Assembly: GCA_965285935.1 (NCBI GenBank)
Contig: OZ260667.1
Coordinates: 39,928,001 to 39,992,000, forward strand
Source: Ophelia neglecta
Lineage: Eukaryota
DNA: 64,000 bases
Direction: 5' to 3'
Part shown: in pieces, positions 37,176 to 50,797 of the stretch
Layout of the letters: every line of letters starts with the position of its first letter
Position numbering within the stretch: position 1 is the first letter of the stretch
Translations under genes and position numbers: made by a program
Notes under the pieces: generated by a model
What the model was told of the DNA's origin: nothing
The model's database searches: none
What the model saw: the letters and a program-made list of their open reading frames with translations, nothing else

Positions 37176-40100
37176 ATGACCAAATTTATAACAATTTTTT
37201 GTGTATTTTTGCTAGTTTTACATGAAGCAGATGGCCGGCTTCTCGTCCCCGGTCTGTATGAGGGCGAGTATGCAGAAGAAGGAGATATCACCCTGGGTAC
37301 ATTTTACTCCATCTCCAAGGCGGCGGAGAAGGGAAGTTCAGAAAAGTGCTCGTCAGAGTTTCGCACTTCAACAAACTTTATACTTCAGTATTCAGAACTC
37401 ATGTCATTCTGCACACGGGAAATCAATCGGAGATCCGATCTTCTTCCTAATATCACGGTTGGGTTTGTGGTAAAAGACACATGTAATTCAGATTTGACCA
37501 CTTTGTCGCGTGCTATCTACATGGTCCCTGATCATCTACCGTCTTGTACCGGCAATCTGAGTTGGCCGGACACAGGCGGGGAAGCCGCCAAGTACCCAGT
37601 ACATAGGAAAGTAGCCGGCATCATTGGGCCGGTATCAAGTCGGCAATCGGTAGCCATTGCCCAGTTGACTTCTGTTTTCCAGATACCAACCCTGTCAACT
37701 TGGGCTACTAGCGACGAGCTAATGGACAAAGCAAGGTTTGAATACTTCCTTCGCATGGTACCAACAGACAGTGCCTCTGTGCAGGCCATTTTCGATGTCA
37801 TCAGATCGTTTGGGTGGACTTACATCGCGGTGATCTACTCCGATGGCAGCTATGGCGAATTTGGGTTTAAAGCAATTGTGAGAACCGCAAAAAAGTATGA
37901 CATATGTATATCAGTCAGCCATCAGCTACTGACCAGCTCAACAGATGACGATTATGACACAGCTGTGAAAGTGCTGGAGACAAATCCTAAAGCCAACGTC
38001 GTAATTGTTTTTGGAGACACCTATTTGATTGGGGGCATGTTCAGGTAAGGCTTATTCAAAACCAGATATAATCGAACAAATAGTTCTCGGATTTAACGAG
38101 ACACATTGATACCGTATGGTCTAGTTTCAAGATACCGTTTAAGATCCAGCTTCTCGATGAAAACGCAGAGCAAGGTGGTTGATTTGTTTACAATTCATAC
38201 AATTCATGGCAAGACTCTATCTGCAAACTATTAGTTTAGCATTATAAACTAGGACAATAATTGGGACAAAATTTAACAGCAAAAGCTTATTACTTTATAT
38301 GATAATAAGTACGACAATAGTACCTGTTATAGTGATCAGTATTCCTTATAGGCATGCCGAGTTTAAATTCGCTTAATTTATAAATGCAAATAAAATGATT
38401 GCCTAACTTAAAATCTATGTTTTGGTAAGTGGAATTGCAGAGGGTACACAGGCTCACAGAGCTATATAGTAATGCTGCTTAACCACTGTGATGTTGTAGC
38501 AATCAGTGAACATTTCTTATTCCCAAATGAACTACATAGGCTTATTAATATTGACCCGCAATTTAATGGAACTGCCAAGTCAAGTTCATGTCTGAAAAGT
38601 GAAATGCATGGACATCGTATTGGTAGTGGTTGTGTTGGGCTACTGTGGAGGAAAGACCTTTATAATGTAAAAATTATTGGTAATATTGGAAGCGAAAGAA
38701 TTTGTGGCATACCAATTATAAGCGCGCAAAATAAAACACTATTTATTCTCTCTGTATACCTACCACAGCTACAATGTAAAGCTAGCTCTTTTAATGATGT
38801 TAAAGATGAACTAGAAAGTATAGTCTCTAATTTAAACGAAACTGGACCAATTATTGTATTGGGTGACTTTAAAGTTCAACTTGATAAACAGCATGGCCCT
38901 AGAAGATGCGAAAATAGTGATACGACTATCAATAGTAAACTTTTGACAGTATTTATATTAACCTCATGTCTTACTGTCATTGATCTGTCAAATGTATGTG
39001 AACGGTGAAACAAGCCGGTGCAAGAATCAATATTATCATAGGAGAAGATGGGAACCCATTGACTGATATCGACGAAATTCGCGACGACTGGAGAAAATAC
39101 TTCACCTACCTGGTTAGCCCGAAAGAAGAAACGTGTTACGGTATTAATTTCAAACAAATTATCGAGGCAAAAGTCAATAAATACGACGTCACATCGTAAA
39201 AAAATCACGATATTATCTTGGACGTACCTAAACACACTGTTCAACGTCGTGTTTCGGAATACGTACCAAAGGATTTTCGTCGGGCAATTGAGATTCCCTC
39301 ATTCAAAGGAGGGGGAAAAGATCCTCGCTTAAAAGACAACTACCGAAAAATTAGCCTGCTTCTATCTATGTCAAAGATCCTTGAGGGGATATTCTACACC
39401 AGATGAACGGAGTGGACATCACAGCAAGGACTCATCAACCACCTCCAGCGAGCAGCAGAACCCCGCTGTTCCAGCCTCCACTCTACTCTTGTGCTTAGAC
39501 AAACCGTCCAAGAGCACCTAAGTGGAGGAGACGCAGAGTGCGTCACTTTCCTTGACTGCAGGAAAGCCTTTGACACCGTCTGGATTGAGGGACTTATCTA
39601 CAAACTTGTCCACATGGGATTAAAAGGGAAAACTTGCCGAATATTACGACTATTGTAGGGGCCTACCATGATTTTCTCAGCGCCGTTAGAGTGAGACGGG
39701 GCATCTCTGAGGTTCAGCGTACTCCAGGGTCTCCACCAAGGAGGTATGCTGTCGATGCTACTCTTTGTATTATACTACAATGATATGACAGACCGCCTGT
39801 CCAATGCTAATACCGGATGTTACCTTTACGGCATAAACTGTTCGACTCCTGTTTCGCCGATGACGTGTCACTGATCACATCTTTCCGTCGGTCAATGACT
39901 AAAATGCTCTATATTGTCTACAAATACAGCAAACTTTGGCGACTAGGTTTTAATGTGACAAAGTGTGAGATGCTCATGTTTGGTCAACAGAATCCTGTTA
40001 GAGATGACCGTTTATATATGGGGCCTGGGTTAATCCCCGTGACAGAAGGTACATTGCGTCTTGGAGTCCCACTGGCATGTAATGTTAAAGAGATGCGAAG

Positions 40101-43100
40101 TCTTCTAATGAAACGAATAAACAAAACACGAACGAAGATGATTTCCGTCCCCGGGATAGGAACGGCCAACAGACGATTCAATACCATCACATTGTCAAAG
40201 TTATACTTTTCTATCGTGATCCCAGGTTTTCTCTATGGCCTTGATCTGGTGAACATTGGCCCTCAATTGATGGAGATATTGGAAATGAAACATAGGCGAA
40301 ATGCTCGGCTTAGTCAGAACCTGTCAGCTAACACAAGTAACGCGGCAGTGTTAGCACCATTAGGATGGAGAACCATACAGTCTTATCTAGATCTACAAAG
40401 ATTTAAATTACTCAGAGACCTCCTGTCTCTGCCTAAAAACTGTATACCGACTGGTAACAATACGAGCAGTAACTAAGCGTGACAACGGCTGTCAGTTCCC
40501 TGAGTGTCTTGCTGCGGACTTTCCTGAGATGCGGAATGGGAGGCACACTGATATCATGGATTCACTCTGGTAAAGTGCCACCGAAAACACAGAGAAAGAA
40601 ACATGCCCAAGATGTGACCAAGCAAATGCTAGAACATAAGTGGAAAATTCAGATTGCTATGACACCCAGTCTTAACACCTACCGATTGGTGGTCGGCAAT
40701 TAAGAGTGTCTCGGTTGGTGGAAATCAGCCAGTAAAATGTCAGCAGTAAGAGGGGTGCAGACTATCCTTAAACTGATTACCAAGACATCAGTCCTTTACA
40801 GCCATCTCGGGAAATTGTTCTCACCTAACAACCCTGTATGTCCTCTGTGTCCGTCGGAGAGAGAGTATGCAGCACTTCCTGTTGCAATGCTTATCTCATC
40901 GCACATGAACACATTAATGAATTTGAAGATCCGTGCATACGTTATCTATACGCTTTGAATCCTACTTAACGATGGCCCGAGAAACAGTGCTCTCTCTAGT
41001 CGCAGGGATGTATCAGAGGCGTGTCCACAACACCCAATAGTCAGGCAAAGGTTGTATCTCGGTAGACTATAGACCTAACTTAATTGTTATAGATTCGGGC
41101 ATAATATTGTGATAGTTTCTATGCTCAGCAACTCCCTTTGTAAGGTAAAGACACAGGTACACTTTTTTTTGTATACAGAATCAGTTCTCACTTTACAAAC
41201 CTGATAATATTATGTTTGTCGTAACCAGTTCTCCCTCTATATAACTTTATATTTTTGCCGAAGCATTGTACAGTCAAGAACCCAACGTTTTGTTTTTCAC
41301 TTTTTCTCTCTCAAATGTAAACCGATTGGTTCATTAATATTGTACTATGTATATGCTCTCCAGAAAGTGGAGGTTCAATAAACATATAAATATATAAAAA
41401 ATAATTCAAAAACGCTAAAATGTTTAAAATGTTCAGAGATAAGAGTATCTTGCAATCATGCATTTTAAGTTCACCAGTGAACAATTTTGTTAAATATCAT
41501 TCAATTTTTGTGTTTTTCTTTCTTCTCATTGTTGGTACATTTTCCACATGGGAATATTCGAAACGTGCATGTGGCATAATTAAGCTGTAAGTGTAAAGGG
41601 CTTTGGTCGAAAGTCATATTTTGGACTGTGAGGCCAGCCGGAAAGCACAAATATCTGATACACTCAGCCTGGGGAACGGCAAAACCATGAGACAATTTCA
41701 ATATTTTTTTTTGTCCAGAAAGTGTCATTGGCCTACAGATTGTATAGGCCTTATCTTTTTTTTATATATTTCCAGATACATGGTTCAAAATAACCGAAGC
41801 CTCTCCCGGATTTGGCTAGGAGGTGACAGTCTATGTGTTGACTATGTTTATGGTGCCCTGTGTTTCGATCATCCTAAAAATATAATACCCAGTTTTGCCA
41901 CTTATGTCCGAGAAACCGTTAGCCCATGGTCACGACCCGACAATATGTGGCTAGAGCAACTGTGGTCCAAAATATTCACCTGCTCTTGGCAGAACTCTTC
42001 AAATGACTGCAATAGTCATCGCACTTTGGCAGACAAAATTCCCATCATGACATCACAGAGTGGACGCGTTTGCGATGCAGTTTCAGTGTACGCTCATGCT
42101 TTGCACAGCCTGGTATCCATTTACTGTCCAGAAGCCTTCTCTGGTAGATCCCTGCTCGAAGATTGCGTTACTGGACCCAGGCTGCTTAATGCCATGAAAG
42201 GGGTTTCTTTTCAGGGTGTCGAAAAATACATAGAGTTTGGTTCAGACGGAGAATTGAAACCTGAGTATGTTATTTATTTTTCGGTTGAAGGTAAGGCTAG
42301 TTACCCTGGTGAGACTAAAGTCCTGCTGGTAGGTGAATGGAGGAGAAGGAACGAAGAGGGCATCCTTCAACTTAACAGAAGTATGCTGGATTGGTATCGG
42401 ATCGATGGGAAAGGGCAGCACGAATATCCCGAGTCACTATGTAGCAAACCGTGTGGTAGGAAACAGTTTCAGATACGACTGGAGCAGAAATGTTGTTGGA
42501 ATTGTCATGACTGTCAGGTGAACGAGATTCTTGTAAACAACCGTACTGGGTGTGAGGAATGTCCTCAATACTGGTGGCCAGAAGACGAAAACGCACTGGA
42601 GTGCGAACCAATACAGCCAAAATATCTCAAGTTAGGTGACCCGAGTGCAAACGGACTTGCCGTCTTGGCTTTGATTGGCCTCATTGTATGTGTTGCAATC
42701 ATCATTATTTTCAGTGTAAAACGACACACCCGCCTGGTGAAAGCCTCAAACAGAGAGTTGAGTACCGTTATGCTTGTTGGAGCCACTTTGGCGTGTTTGG
42801 ACATTTTTTCATATCTTGTGAAGCCGACATCAGTGACATGTGTATTCCGTCAAGCTGGGTTTCATTTTGTTGTTAACCTTCTCTATAGTCCGTTATTCGT
42901 CAAGACCAACAGAATCTATCGCATTTTCTCAGCTGGTAAAAATGGCAATATCAGACCCAGGTTTATCTCAGGCAAATGGCAAAACACTCTCGTCGGCGTC
43001 ACTATCGGAATACAGGTATGCAAAGTTTAATGAAAATTAAAGTCTGAATCAAAAGTGCAGAGAATAATGTCATTTATCTATATAAGTTTTATACAATATA

Positions 43101-43691
43101 TAAATTTTATGCAATAATGATTATAGTATTGTATGGTAAAGAAAAGTTAAATGCTTGTATTATAATCGAGTATGGAATGTTTAATGTATCTTCTTCGGTC
43201 TCATTCATGTTCAGGTGATACTGTTGTCCACCATTCTCATCAGCGGCCTGCCAGAAATAGAACTGATAATGCCCGTTCGTTTCGAGAAGTTTGTGGAGAT
43301 CAGTTGTCAAGAAAATATGATTAAATTTGTCGTGCCTCTGTCCTACAACGTCATGCTAGTCTTGACATGCGCATTTTTGGGCTACTTCTCCAGAAAACTG
43401 CCTGAAAACTTCAACGAATCCTGGTTTATTTTTATCTCAGTATCGACCACCCTGTTTATGTGGGTTGTGTTCGTGCCCACATATTTTACTTCGTTCTACT
43501 CGTACAACCAGGTTTCTACGCTTGGATTTTGCTTATTATTGAATGTATACATTACTATTGGTTGTTTGTTCTTGCCTAAAGTATACGCGTTGTATTTTGT
43601 TCATGAAAACTCCCTCACATTCAACACGGTTACACAAACACAAATAGGCAGTGTTGCCCACCCGTCTCAGATAGTGCCCGTGGATTCGTAG
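37176..43691 (+). CDS. Class C GPCR, metabotropic-glutamate-receptor-like orphan, ~861 aa, 3 coding exons
   Basis: Exons 37176-38044, 41776-43015 and 43215-43691 are GT-AG and phase-consistent. The protein has a signal peptide, a Venus flytrap domain (EINRRSDLLPNIT, GPVSS, RMVPTD), a cysteine-rich domain (ESLCSKPC..CCWNC) and a 7TM region with VKASNRELS, KTNRIYRIF, RKLPENFNES and FLPKVY. Confidence 0.92.
38400..41400 (+). mobile_element. Decayed CR1/L2-group LINE in GPCR intron 1
   Basis: APE endonuclease motifs (WNCRG, AISEH, LSVYLP, VLGDF) and RT motifs (NYRKISLL, LDCRKAFDTVW, QGGMLS, FADD) are spread across frameshifted ORFs. The 3' end has AATAAA plus an AT-rich tail near 41377-41400. 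Confidence 0.88.
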
Positions 43692-44940
43692 TATTAATGT
43701 GGTCAAACAAAGCAGAGCAGCAACAGATAATCCAGATATTTATTAGAAGCAAAACTATGTTACTCGAGGATAATAAATAATCAATTGTCAATGTTTCTGA
43801 ATTCTTGCTGGCAGTCAAAACTACACATCTATACCAAACATTTATATATATAACACATATGCCTATATAGGCCTATAGATAACCGTTTGATGCCTTTATA
43901 GCACTTTAGTACCGTCTGTGTCATTTCTACTTATATTTGAGCCATTGATGGTAGGTCGTGGTGCCTTGTGTTCTTTGCTAGGAACGGTTAGTGTTTTCCT
44001 TTTTCCAGCTTCTAATTATAAATTACAGTACTAGTCGTGTTAATAGGTTAAGGTACATGTTGTATTAGTGGTGCTTTTGGAATTATTTTTATATAAATAT
44101 ATATTTAACAATTGTATTAATATAACTTTTACGACAAATAAACGGGTAGTTATCCAAATTTTGGCCAGTAAACTTTCTTCATCAGGATTTGATTTAAAAC
44201 CTCTACTTATCATATGTCTTATTTAAAAAATGTATTTCATATCTATACGCAATAGAAAATGCCAGTTAACATCATTATGCAGCATTGACATCATTTGACC
44301 ATCTCATTTAAGTAAGCATCTTAGCAAAAAAGGAAATATATACAATTAAATATTAGTCGACAAAATCATTCCGCAATCAAGTCTGGAAGGACTTAAAGCC
44401 ATTTATAACCTATGGCTAGATTTGTATTAAAAGTTGTTAGACATCTTAGTATGAAATGTTTCGTAAAAGTGTATACATGTTTCTTAAAAGTTTTTACGGG
44501 TAGCTAACGAGAAGGAAAGGTATACATGTTGAAAAATGTAGAAAGATAAATGTTGCCCATCCTTACACAGGCAGCATTATCATCTTATTACCTGCCCGTA
44601 TCTTATAATAACTCATGCATGACACTAGTACACATATGATCATGGTAAAAGAAGTTAACGGTATTGATCTATTTTGTTACTCAATATATGTAGATGGGTA
44701 AACCAATTGTAACTGTCATTTCCCCAGAAGTTGGCCTGTTAAAATAGCTGGGAGTAATTTAGCCTTATTTATGTATAAAGGTTTTGGAAGCTTTGATGGT
44801 TTTCATTATATTGTAGTAGTTTTCTTGAATAAAAAAATTGGTTGTGTCGAAGTGTTAATTCAAATGTACATATAATTCTTCACCCGCATAAACTTATATC
44901 AGAGTATTTTATCACTAGTAAACAGAATTTGTACAAAGCG

Positions 44941-45243
44941 TCAACTTGTTGTTACATGTTTAGCGTCCACGTAATATCCTATATCGTGTAAGTAGATTCT
45001 AAATAGATCGGCGCTAGCATTGAATTCACCAATAATGTATACATTCATGTTTTTACGTTTTACCTTTGACATTATTTCGTTCAATTGGAGAATAAATATC
45101 TTCTTATCTGTATCTGGGGATCTGTAGATAACACCAATTATGATATTATTTTCATTGCCAACCTGAAGTTTGAGAATTTCTATGAATATAGGTTCAATAT
45201 AAAGACTGAAAACATCTTTATCCTTCTTAGTTACATATTCCAT
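44941..45243 (-). mobile_element. LINE endonuclease fragment
   Basis: IIIGVIYRSPD and IIGEFN (degenerate GDFN) APE-type motifs. Confidence 0.65.
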
Positions 45244-46642
45244 ATCAAGCTTGAAAAAAATGGGGAGGAGGAGATAACTTCAGCGTATGGTTCCCCATAA
45301 GTAAGACGACTTAATTATCTTACAAACGGTGCGAAATAAATTTAAGTAGATTATGAAAATAAGGTTTTATGGTTAACAGAGGAAAGAAAATAAAGTAGAT
45401 AGATAATAATAAATCTTGTCCATTAAATGAGATTTTCATTCGAATAGGCCTATGTTTTTTGTATGCTGTGAGTGATTTATGAAATCTAGATTAGTGCAGA
45501 TAGCGTTATACCACAATACACATTGATATCGCATAGAGGTGTGCACAGTATTGTACACAACAGGGGGAGGTGTACCATAACAGCCAGTCTAGTCTCTTAG
45601 TTATGCAAACTGTTATTGAATGTAAATAGGTCGTTTAGGGGGTAAGCATTCGTGAATAAATTTATACATGGAAATATTAACTAAATAGCATTAATAAATA
45701 TGTCGGAATGGAAGAATATTTAGTTAAGCAATTAATGGCAGCTATGGGGCCCTATAAGATGGACCCCTAATCATTCGCATAATCCTCTTTGAAAAAATAA
45801 ATAAAGGCGCCAAAAGTTTCCCCCAAGCACAGTAAATAGACGTGGGTATACAAATGAATAATATAGGGAGATTAGATTGAAACTTTTACAATATTTCCGT
45901 GCATTTGTTTATGTCCTAAAGTCTCTGGAGATTTTCCACCTAGTTGATAGTCTAGTTGTACCCCAAGAAATGTGGTCCTTTCAATTCCTGAAACGACTTC
46001 ACCTTTAATAAGAAGGTCATTCGCGCTCTCGGTATGATCGACCCTTCTTAAAATTAATGAGTTTTTATTTACATTTATTGTTAGCTTATTAATTTCTAAT
46101 CAGTCGGTTATTTTCATCATCTCCTCTTTAAGAGTGCAAATAAGACCATTGATATTCTCTAAAGTTTAATGGCCATTGGTATTTCCGCAAGACCAAATAC
46201 AAATTTACATATTTTATGACCAACGTTAATCCAGGCCGCTGATTACACAATCACCAACACCTATATCCTATAGGCTATACTGTCAATCATTTAGTCTGCT
46301 GTATGATTCTAGTGTATAGTTTTAACAAGGGTTATAATAATAATCTACTATTTCTGCAATACGCTCGATTTTTTTCAAGTCTCGGGATGTATACCTTGTC
46401 AGAATACTATGAAGCTTAATCAATACAGGTGATTGAGTGGTCGGAAAATTTAGGACCAAGCTCGTGGCCTAGTAGTTTTTAATTAACGTAAGATGCATTA
46501 AGATGGTGGGTAAAAATGCAAATAAAACAGCGGGCCTCATTTAATCATGGCAGACTTGACACTTTATATCGACCAGTAGAGGCTGGCTTCAGTTATCTCG
46601 AATGTATCGGTATATTCACGTGTACTTTACATATAGTGGAAA

Positions 46643-47379
46643 ATGTTGAAACTGGTCGTGTTTTGTTTGGCTGGTAAGATTATCTTTCATCCTATTGTCT
46701 TCTCATACGTGACTTGACAATTGATTTGTAATATCGGTCTCCAAATCTAACTGTCGTCCTTTACATTCTATCAACTTTAACACAAATTTAAAGTAATCCA
46801 AATAATCTACATAGCTTCTGCAAGGTCTTCTTCGATTATTATGTGTCCTTTTGTTTATTTTGCTCCTGCGATAGATTTGATTAATATGTATCCAATATTT
46901 CATTCAGTGTCCGTGGTTGTAGGGGCACAATGCCCCATGGCCTGTACAATGCAGTACACGCCCGTGTGTGGCGAGGATGGGCATACATACAACAATAGGT
47001 GTGCGCTCAAGGCGACTATATGCGAAGAGGGGTAGGCTTATGCTCGTTCCATTATTTGAACAATACAACACCAGCCATGTCGTATTCTGGATCGTGCTAT
47101 TTTTTTTTATCTGGTCACACATCGCGCTAATATGTATTGTCATCGTAATATTAATGATTAGCTTTCAAACTTGAATGTAGTCTGGACATCTTGGTCAGTA
47201 CTTTTATGTAACCGTTTTTTATATGAATGTAGATATTATTAACAATTCAACGATTCAATTATTTATATCAATGCAGTATTCATAACACATGCACAGGTGG
47301 TTCTTTTATCGGTCCTCATTTAAGGCGCAGTGAGGCTGTACAATTTGCACACGCGGGGCCATGTGGAGGTGAACTTTGA
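46643..47379 (+). CDS. Secreted single-domain Kazal-type serine protease inhibitor, ~67-69 aa, 3 exons
   Basis: Exons 46643-46673, 46908-47031 and 47331-47379 (or 47325-47379) give [67 protein letters not shown]: a signal peptide, six Kazal cysteines and the PVCG.DG.TY.N.C motif. Confidence 0.88.
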
Positions 47380-48590
47380 GACTCGGCACAATATATAGTA
47401 AACTGGAAATGAAGAAAATAACGATTTGAATGTGTCCTTGAGTAAATACAGTTTTCCCTTGCTAGAAGTTTGCTGCTAGTGTCATGATCACCTGAGAATT
47501 TGATGTTTTACTGAAAAAAAACAATGAAAATAACAAATGTTATTTGTCTGTTAATTTTTGTTGATCATCAAAGTTTGTTTCGTTTGTTTATACATTCTTA
47601 CTTTAATTTGTGCCCAACTTATATGACACTTTTCACTGAAGGAAATATATTTTGTACAAAAGATATACTATATGATATTGATTTGTATTATCGGTCCCCA
47701 AAACTATATATATACAATATAATATTGCAGTGCCTAAAACAGCATTATTTAACAAATATAGATTAGGAGGTGGAAGGTAAATTTTCTTTTTGAAGTATAA
47801 TAGAAATTGCAGAATAAACCATACAGAAATGAACATACAACCTCATAACAAAGGTAAACCCGAAAGACGTGTGTAACAATTATGGAATAAGGGAATATAA
47901 AGCAGAAAAGTTACCGAAAAAAAATAATAGAATTGGGTAAAAATATCACTAATTATGGTAAAAAAAACACTACCATGACCAGCTCGTGCATGTGCATGAA
48001 AATTTTATACTATCCTATTTTAACACAACAAAGAATTTATTGAAAAAGATGATTTTTTTCGTATTTTGGCCCAAAAATGTTTTGTTGAAACTCAATGAGT
48101 ATTTTATGTCAGCCTACCTATGTAATTCCACATATTTGCCAAAGCTAATCATTACCTTTGTCACTACTACTCAGAAAAGGTCTCCAATGCCAATGAACTA
48201 CTTCAATACAACCCGAGAGAATAGCAGTAGTGACGTAATGCATGACACTACTTTATTATTATATAGTTTAAGCTTGTCAAGCTTGTGCCGCATACAACAT
48301 TTAGGAATGATATATTTCGCACCAACTGGGGAAAAACGCATGCATAAAATGCGTCCTAAAGTACGTTTTGGTATGTAAATAAAATAGCAATTCCATTCAC
48401 GAGAAATTTATAATATGAATTTACCAAATCATAATTCACTGCGCATGTTTACTGAAGCGCGCAGTACATTTGTACACGATGTAAGCGACGGGCTGAACCA
48501 AAACAAAAACACAAAAGTTGTTTAGCTTCACGAGGCATCACCAACAGCTGGGCTTCATATTGATAGGAGTCACAAAGGAAGGCAGTCGCC

Positions 48591-50797
48591 ATGAGCCTGT
48601 CGGGCGAGTTCAGTGTGTCCGGACCTAACAATTCCGGGGTTCTAGAATCACTGGATGAACAGAGAAATGAACGCAGACTTTGCGATGTGGTTCTGCGAAT
48701 TGAGGAAGAAACTTTCCCAGCACACCGTTGTGTGCTGGCAGCTGCTTCGGCCTATTTCAGATCCATGTTTGAGGAGTACAACTTCGTGGAAAGTCGAAAC
48801 AAAGAAATTGAATTGCACTCGGTTACCAAGAGAGCCCTACGGGCCATAATGGACATGGTTTACACGGGGACGCTGAAGGTGGACATAGACATCATGCACG
48901 AGGTAATAGCCGCAGCAGACCACCTGCTGATGAACGAGGTGAAGTATGCCTGTGCCGAGTTCATGTTGATGGTGCTCAAGTCGGACATAGCTGCCGCTGA
49001 AGCTTTGAGAATAAGGCGCAGTGCGGAACTGTACTCCTTGACAGATCTGCAGCACGAGGCGGACAGCGTGATTACCCTCAGCTTCAAGGAAGTGGCCCGT
49101 TCGCCTGCCTTCTGTGAACTCACCCCCAACGAGCTCCTGAGTCTGCTTCAGAGTGATTTTGTTCAGGAAGCCGATGAAGGCGTGTTCTGGGAGGCAGCTC
49201 GGGCTTGGGTTATGCAGGATGTGGACAACCGATACCAGTACATTGACGAGGTGTTGCAGGGTATACGTGTGCCACTGATAGACGCCAACCTTCTCCTGGT
49301 TAACATCCAGAAGGATGAGCTGCTGAGTAAATCTGAGTGTGCACAGAAGATGATTCTCGAGGCCATGAAGTACCAGCTACTTCCCAGGTTACAGTCCAGC
49401 CAGCAGAGTCCTCAAACCAAACCCAGGTTCACCTCACGGGACACGGTTGTCTTCTGTCTCTCTGGCATGGAAACCTTCAAATGCTATATCCCCAAGTATG
49501 ATAAATGGTGAGTATCAAAACTGCATGATTAACCTTTAATAATGGCACGTACTCTTAGTTTAAAATAGTAGGCTATACTATACAGATATGCCATTAAAAA
49601 GGGTGTTTTGTTAAATTATTTTATTATTATCATTCAAAAGTAGTTGTTAAATTTCATTTGGAATTTTTCTTTGCAAATTCAGAAAGTTAGATTTTTATAT
49701 TGCCAAAAATAAATTCAGCAAAATAAAATGTTGACCACTTGCATCAACCTGCAAAAACAATACTGTAGAAGAAAGTAGGCAAAATGTAGTCCCCACAAAC
49801 TTCAGTACCATTTCTATTGAAGCCCATCAGACTTTAATTATTCATTTAATGCAGGTACTCCCTTAAGTCTCCTCGACCAATGACCATACCCAACAAGATG
49901 GACACCGGGGATACCGGCAGAGCTTTCCAGCAGAGCCTTCTGACTTGTGGTAGCATAGTCTATGTCTGCACCCAGTCTACAAGACCTGAAGAAGTGGGTA
50001 GTTTTGAGATGGTCAGGCTCCAACAATACTGCATTGAAGCCAACCAGTGGAGTGAATGCGCATTGCCCAGTAAAGTTGGAGTCCCTACATTCCTCATTGA
50101 GTGTAACAATACTATGTATGCCTGCTCGCGAAATGCTGTGGAGAGGTTCCACCCAGAACAGAATTCCTGGGAAGTGATATCCATCTCGCGTCTATCACCC
50201 TGCCAGTTTGCAGTTTCGGATGAAAATAAGATATTACTGTACACTCTGGAGGATGGCATATCCCAGGAGATGAACATGGATCGTCCCACCATGGTGACAA
50301 CCCGACAAGTCATGTCTCCAAACCGCTTTGTCACAGAAGTAGTGGGTGCCTGCAAGCTCCCTAATCACGAGGTCTTTCTTTCATTGCGAACCATCAGTGG
50401 AATCAATCGCAAAGTTTTCAACGTGAAAACCAACTTATGGAGAGATGCTAACATCTATCATCACCCCGGACGAGCCCCGATGCAGCCCAGACCTGGAGAC
50501 CACTTCCCACGATGCTTTGACCACACAGAGCTGTGGCAGTGTCTCTGTGATCGTACTGATAATGTTCTATACTTCTTGGCCACAAAGTCAGGAATGAATA
50601 GCATCCCCATTGACAAAACTAAAGTGGCCCTAAATGACAGACTAGATGGGGTGCTCCCATTCTTCAGAGTAGATCTGAACAAGAATGCCAAGACTTGGAC
50701 CCGCTTAGCCTCGCTGCCCGAGTACATGGCCTCAGGTAATCTTCAGCTGTGTATGTGTGATGGACAGTCCTCTATGGGAAGTGCCTCTGTACTGTGA
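48591..50797 (+). CDS. Kelch-like (BTB-BACK) putative CUL3 adaptor with divergent C-terminal propeller, ~619 aa, 2 exons
   Basis: Exons 48591-49507 and 49855-50797 (TG|G phase 2, GTGAG..TGCAG). BTB motif CDVVL...FPAHRCVLAAASAYFRSMF, a BACK domain and the IVR linker QSPQTKPR. Confidence 0.88.

Noticed and set aside
48837-50727. Several antisense ORFs over the Kelch-like gene (likewise over CPD, GPCR and GGT exons)
   Set aside because: Shadow ORFs of real coding exons.
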